A stretch of DNA of 64,000 nucleotides from an uncultured cyanobacterium. Its GTDB lineage: Bacteria; Cyanobacteriota; Cyanobacteriia; Cyanobacteriales; Cyanobacteriaceae. Made by a program: the position numbers and the translations under genes. The notes beneath the pieces are model-generated. The model had not been told where the DNA came from. It was given only the letters and a program-made list of their open reading frames with translations, and did no database searches. The stretch's first letter is position 1. Each line of letters begins with the position of its first letter. The stretch spans positions 64,001 to 128,000 of the forward strand of contig CAVVOP010000032.1 of the NCBI GenBank assembly GCA_963749915.1, in the 5' to 3' direction. Below are positions 59,425 through 64,000 of the stretch, piece after piece.

Positions 59425-60201
59425 TTAGGGGGATGGAGGTAACATTTCAATTTGAACATCATCTTCAGAAGGTTTAAATTCAAAAATATCTGGAGAAATT
59501 GAAGGGTTAAAATTCCAATTAGAAAATAACACTGTATATTGGGGAAAATTAGGTAGTTTTTTGTAGGTGAGAATTACCTTTTTAATTAAAGGAGGTGTTT
59601 CTTGACTTATCCACAATTGCCCATCCCAATCATCGGTGACAATGAGTAAATGATCCGTTTCGACTCGATTAACGAAATCACTACCAATATATAATGGTTC
59701 TTCTGTGGCTTTCTCAATTGCACTACAAGGATTATTAACAAATAAATTAGACATGGGAATTGTAAAACCATACTTTTCCTCAATGACATTAACCAATTCA
59801 TCAAGAGTTGCCGGTGCTTCTTTCGTAGAAAAAACATTACGATCAGGAGAAGATAAAGTAAAAAATTTGCCGTTATAATAAAAACTCCTTTCCGCTTCGT
59901 CTCCCACAAAATTAGTTCTTAACATATTCGGTTTTTGTACCGAAACCTGATTATAAGCACTATATTGAACCTTTGAGCCTGATTCTAGTGTATTGTCATA
60001 TGTAATATCCATATCCACGGTAAAGGATTGTTTACTTTTGAGAAAATCACATACTTGGTTTAGCAATTCATCGGTAGTCAGGGATGGCGTTTCGGCGGCA
60101 GTAGCAGGATTAGCGTTATTTTGAGCCTGTATTTTTTCTACTAGGGTAAAAGTAGTAGTTAGGCTAAAGATAAACGCAAACAAGATACGAAAATGAATCA
60201 T
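59425..60201 (-). CDS. DUF2092-family periplasmic protein
   Basis: Signal peptide, VQKPNMLR, FYYNGKFFTL, DGQLWI, FSNWNFNP. Confidence 0.82.
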   Translation of the reverse strand: MIHFRILFAFIFSLTTTFTLVEKIQAQNNANPATAAETPSLTTDELLNQVCDFLKSKQSFTVDMDITYDNTLESGSKVQYSAYNQVSVQKPNMLRTNFVGDEAERSFYYNGKFFTLSSPDRNVFSTKEAPATLDELVNVIEEKYGFTIPMSNLFVNNPCSAIEKATEEPLYIGSDFVNRVETDHLLIVTDDWDGQLWISQETPPLIKKVILTYKKLPNFPQYTVLFSNWNFNPSISPDIFEFKPSEDDVQIEMLPPSP

Positions 60202-60306
60202 AAATGTATTGATAAATTTAATTTTATTATTAATTTAATTATCAGCCATACTTAAAGATTATATATAACTAAATTTGTCGGTTAGTTGCTCAAATTATTT
60301 TGTCTG

Positions 60307-60376
60307 CCCCCTAAATCCCCCAATCCTGGTGGACTTTCACGAATTTAGCTACCCCAAAGTTGGAGTAGCGGGGGAC
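60307..60376. repeat. cyanobacterial REP-like palindromic repeat
   Basis: CCCCCTAAATCCCCCAA...GGACTT...CCCCAAAGTTGGAG...GGGGGAC. Confidence 0.5.
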
Positions 60377-60472
60377 TTAAACAAGCAGTATTGTAATCCA
60401 ACCTACTTTCCCATCGGCTAAGAAAGTGTCACAATAAAAGTTAATAATTCTTAATATTTTTTAGCAATCCGA

Positions 60473-61966
60473 ATGTCAGATAAAAGGAAAATCGTTGTAA
60501 TTGGTGCGGGATGGGCAGGTTTAGGTGCTACTCATCACCTGGTGAAGCAAGGTTATGATGTTACCCTATTAGAAGCCTCACCCCATGCTGGGGGACTGGT
60601 GGCAGGATGGAAAACCCCTCAAGGAAGAAGTGTGGAAGCGGGAATACACGGTTTTTGGTATCCTTATCAAAATATTTTCCGTCTAGTCAGGGAATTAAAG
60701 TTGCATCCCTTTACCCCGTTTACACGCTCAAATCAGTACTCTCCTTTTGGCTTAGAAACTCAATCCCCCCTTTTCCAAGAAAAACCCCCCTTACCCTCTC
60801 CTTTAGGCACTTTTATCTACCCCGAATTTTACCGTTTGCCTTTGCTCGATCGCCTTTCTGCCTTACCATTAATGTATGCTTTGGTGGATTTTGACAACTC
60901 TCACGAAGCATGGCAAAGGTACGATAAAGTAACGGCAAGGGAATTGTTCAGACAATACGGGGTATCAGAAAGACTATATCGAGAATCCTTTGAGCCGATG
61001 TTATTAGTAGGTTTATTTGCCCCCGGAGAACAATGCAGTGCCGCCGCCGCATTAGGGATGTTATACTATTTTATTCTCGCCCATCAACCGAATTTCGATG
61101 TGGTCTGGTGTCGTGGTACGGTCGGAGAAAAAATATTTCAGCCTTGGATTGACAAAATTACCGAATTAGGAGGCAAAGTTTTAACCAATAAAAGAGTGAC
61201 TGATATTCTCATCGACCAGAAAGGAAAAGCCACTGGGGTTGTTTGCGGCGAGGAAACTTTCGAGACTGAAGCGGTGATTTCGGGAGTAAGCGTTACAGGA
61301 ATCAAAAAAATCATCAATAATAGCCAAAATTTGAGCAGATATCGAGAATTTCGCCACTTAAATAATTTAGGGGCGATCGATATTTTAGCGGTAAGATTAT
61401 GGTTTGATAGACTGGTCAATATTCCCTTACCTTCTAACGCCTGTTTTGGATTTGATGCAACGACGGGATGGACATTTTTCGATCTTAATACCCTTCATGA
61501 TCAATATGAGGGGGAAAAAGGAAGCGTTGTCGAAGTTGACTTTTACCATGCCAATCAACTATTACCCATGAGTGATGAAGCGATTGTCAAAAAAGTGCAT
61601 CAAGATTTGACTACTTGTATTGCCGATTTTGCCAATGCCGAGATTATTGATTATAGCGTGGTGCGAGTGCCTCAAGGCGTAACTCATTTTGCCCCCGGCA
61701 GTTATCAGCATTTATTAAGGGTAAATACTAGTATTCCTAACTTATTCATGAGTGGTGATTGGATTATAACAAATCATGGTTCATGGTCTCAAGAAAAAGC
61801 TTATGTCACGGGTTTAGAGGCGGCAAATCAGACCATTAATTACTTTAAGGAAGGTAAAAGTGCTAATATTATTCCCGTAGAAAAAGATGAACCCCATATC
61901 GAAATTGCTCGAATAATTAATCAAAATATCCGTACTTTTACTAACGGCCTATCAATTTTGAAATGA
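60473..61966 (+). CDS. FAD-dependent amine oxidase/carotenoid desaturase-like oxidoreductase
   Basis: IGAGWAGL, GGLVAGW, EAGIHGFWYPY, GDW, SQEKAYVTGLEAAN. Confidence 0.85.
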   Translation: MSDKRKIVVIGAGWAGLGATHHLVKQGYDVTLLEASPHAGGLVAGWKTPQGRSVEAGIHGFWYPYQNIFRLVRELKLHPFTPFTRSNQYSPFGLETQSPLFQEKPPLPSPLGTFIYPEFYRLPLLDRLSALPLMYALVDFDNSHEAWQRYDKVTARELFRQYGVSERLYRESFEPMLLVGLFAPGEQCSAAAALGMLYYFILAHQPNFDVVWCRGTVGEKIFQPWIDKITELGGKVLTNKRVTDILIDQKGKATGVVCGEETFETEAVISGVSVTGIKKIINNSQNLSRYREFRHLNNLGAIDILAVRLWFDRLVNIPLPSNACFGFDATTGWTFFDLNTLHDQYEGEKGSVVEVDFYHANQLLPMSDEAIVKKVHQDLTTCIADFANAEIIDYSVVRVPQGVTHFAPGSYQHLLRVNTSIPNLFMSGDWIITNHGSWSQEKAYVTGLEAANQTINYFKEGKSANIIPVEKDEPHIEIARIINQNIRTFTNGLSILK

Positions 61967-62088
61967 GGGAGAGGACAATTCTCGAAAATCTAAAACTTGT
62001 AATGCTTATCCAGAGGGAAGTCGAAGGGCGACTGAAGCATCTAAAATTACCTCAGTAGTTCCCCAAAATTCTCTTGACAGACCACTAA
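61941..62088. mobile_element. MITE family A, copy 4 (TSD CTAA) with 45-bp internal hairpin segment
   Basis: CTAA-CGGCCTATCAATTTTGAAATGAGGGA...TCTTGACAGACCA-CTAA. Confidence 0.8.
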
Positions 62089-62145
62089 AGGTTTTTTATC
62101 AGATTCTTAGGTAATATTATAATTATTGAAAAATTTAATTGAATT

Positions 62146-62472
62146 ATGTTTAGTAAAAATAACCCAGATAAACAAACAAATAATCCCAAAGTTGAAGATT
62201 TAATTATTAATAATAGTTCCGAATCTTTAACATCAGAATCAGCCGAAATTGGTCAACAGCCTACGGTAAAATTGGTAGAGAAAATTAGCGGTATTTTATC
62301 CCCTTATTTTATCGTCATTGTCGGCCTATATTTATATGATGATAACTTTTTCTTTGGCACAATTTTAATATTAGTAGGTATTCTTTCTCTACTAAAAATT
62401 TCCTATGAAGATATTTGGCAATGGATAGAAAAAATTAAGCACCTTTTTAATCAAGATAATAAAATCGGATAA
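62146..62472 (+). CDS. hypothetical membrane protein
   Basis: ORF with two hydrophobic segments. Confidence 0.7.
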   Translation: MFSKNNPDKQTNNPKVEDLIINNSSESLTSESAEIGQQPTVKLVEKISGILSPYFIVIVGLYLYDDNFFFGTILILVGILSLLKISYEDIWQWIEKIKHLFNQDNKIG

Positions 62473-62571
62473 ATCCTGTTGGGGAACCTCCACATTGTTT
62501 ATCATATATATACTCCCAATGGAGTAAAATAGTAACTGACACCGTAGCAGAATAGAAAAAAACAACTAACT

Positions 62572-62913
62572 ATGACTGAAGTCAGCAATAATAAAACCCT
62601 CGAGGCAATGAAAAACTTTGCGGAGCAATACGCTAAGCGTACAGATACTTACTTCTGTGTAGATCCCTCCGTTACGGCGGTAGTGATTCAAGGTTTAGCC
62701 AGTCATAAAGAGCAATTAGGCTCTCCTCTTTGCCCCTGCCGGCACTACGAGGATAAAGAAGCCGAAGTAAAAAATACTTTTTGGAATTGTCCTTGTGTGC
62801 CGATGAGAGAAAGAAAAGAATGTCATTGTATGTTATTTATTACCCCAGATAATGAATTTTCAGGGAAAGAACAACAAATTTCTTGGGAAGACTTACAGGC
62901 TGTCGAATTTTAG
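62572..62913 (+). CDS. ftrC: ferredoxin-thioredoxin reductase catalytic subunit
   Basis: LCPCRHY, WNCPCVPMRERKECHCMLF. Confidence 0.96.
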   Translation: MTEVSNNKTLEAMKNFAEQYAKRTDTYFCVDPSVTAVVIQGLASHKEQLGSPLCPCRHYEDKEAEVKNTFWNCPCVPMRERKECHCMLFITPDNEFSGKEQQISWEDLQAVEF

Positions 62914-63004
62914 ATTTTTTTAGTTTAATTAACCATTATTGACAATTATTGTGTTTTAAATTGTGGGCTGAGAATAAAATTAATTGCCAATTGCTAATTG
63001 GTAT

Positions 63005-63136
63005 TTAGTCTTCGTGATCCTCAAAAGGATCGCTTAATTCCGTAGAAGGAGGCCCAAAAGCGGTATAGATAGCGAATCCTGTAAAAGCGATTAACACAGC
63101 GCCAATACTAAATCCAATAATTGTTGCAGTTTCCAT
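63005..63136 (-). CDS. psbN: photosystem II assembly protein PsbN (below the ORF-track cutoff)
   Basis: Manual translation [43 protein letters not shown]; divergent from psbH. Confidence 0.96.
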   Translation of the reverse strand: METATIIGFSIGAVLIAFTGFAIYTAFGPPSTELSDPFEDHED

Positions 63137-63224
63137 AAGTGCTATTTGTTTGTTAAATAAGAGTCTTCTTACTCTATAATATTACGACAGATAAGAAAAA
63201 TAATTGTAATATCTAAGGTTAAAT

Positions 63225-63428
63225 ATGTCACAACGCACTCGTTTAGGCGATATTCTCAAGCCTCTTAATTCAGAATATGGTAAAGTCGCTCCCGGATGGA
63301 GTACTACTCCTTTAATGGGAGTATTTATGCTCTTATTTTTGGTTTTTTTATTGATCATTTTACAAATTTATAACTCCTCTCTCTTACTTGAAGGGGTAAA
63401 TGTTGACTGGAGTAGTCTTGGTCAATAA
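63225..63428 (+). CDS. psbH: photosystem II protein PsbH
   Basis: [21 protein letters not shown]. Confidence 0.97.
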   Translation: MSQRTRLGDILKPLNSEYGKVAPGWSTTPLMGVFMLLFLVFLLIILQIYNSSLLLEGVNVDWSSLGQ

Positions 63429-63480
63429 ACGGAGAACTGTTGATTGTTGATCGTTAATTTTTTATTAGAATTTAATTATA

Positions 63481-63744
63481 ATGAATGTTTTTGGTATCGG
63501 ACTTCCAGAAATGATTTTGATTTTCGTGGTAGCTTTATTGATTTTTGGTCCTAAAAAATTACCCGAAATCGGCAAAAGTTTAGGTAAAACTATCAAGGGT
63601 TTTCAAGAGGCTTCGAGAGAGTTTCAAGAGGAGTTTAAAAAAGAAGCTCAACAAATGGAAGAGACTGTCTCTATGAATGCCAAATTAGAACCAAGTAATG
63701 AAACAGAAAAAAATGTATCTACTTCAGGGGAAAAAGTTAATTAA
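63481..63744 (+). CDS. tatA: twin-arginine translocase TatA/E subunit
   Basis: [22 protein letters not shown]. Confidence 0.95.
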   Translation: MNVFGIGLPEMILIFVVALLIFGPKKLPEIGKSLGKTIKGFQEASREFQEEFKKEAQQMEETVSMNAKLEPSNETEKNVSTSGEKVN

Positions 63745-63785
63745 ATTGATTAACTGTCAACTTTCAACTTTCAACTGTTAAAATT

Positions 63786-64000
63786 ATGTTGATTTCCCGC
63801 GCACCCGTTAGGATTAGCTTTTTTGGGGGAGGCACTGATTATCCTGAGCATTTTTTACGTCATGGTGGTGCGGTTTTAGCCACTGCCATTGATAAATTCT
63901 GTTATCTTACCGCTAGTCCATTTCCTAGTCATTTATTCGACTATACTATGCGTTTGTCTTATCGTCAGGTAGAATTAGTCAAAAACCTAGCAGATATTGA
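63786..64000 (+). CDS. GHMP-family sugar kinase (HddA-like), 5' part
   Basis: MLISRAPVRISFFGGGTDYP...GGAVLATAIDK; runs off window end. Confidence 0.85.
   Translation, partial: MLISRAPVRISFFGGGTDYPEHFLRHGGAVLATAIDKFCYLTASPFPSHLFDYTMRLSYRQVELVKNLADI

Overview
Chromosomal window from an AT-rich unicellular cyanobacterium (HIP1 GCGATCGC sites, psbN/psbH/psbP, a PEP-CTERM protein; Geminocystis/Cyanobacterium-like by impression only). The housekeeping backbone includes ileS, hisS, ftsH, xth, accB, efp, trpC, lpdA, sufCD, pckA, alr, ftrC, tatA and tRNA-Ser. The most striking accessory region is a GC-richer ~17.5 kb island (21.7-39.3 kb). It encodes a PilX-like minor pilin, two giant SdrD-B/DUF11 surface proteins (one displaying (GGSKGT)n loops), two tandem N4BP2/PNK-like P-loop kinases, and an animal-type heme peroxidase that shares a C-terminal domain with one giant protein. 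I infer a possible undescribed extracellular matrix modification/cross-linking system. Also present: an IS200/IS605 element with truncated tnpA but intact tnpB, an orphan TnpB omegaRNA-like right end, a MITE family with copy-specific TSDs and nested cargo, and a 1765-aa pseudo-helicase with Trp-rich repeats. All domain calls come from motif recognition by eye; no database search was run.
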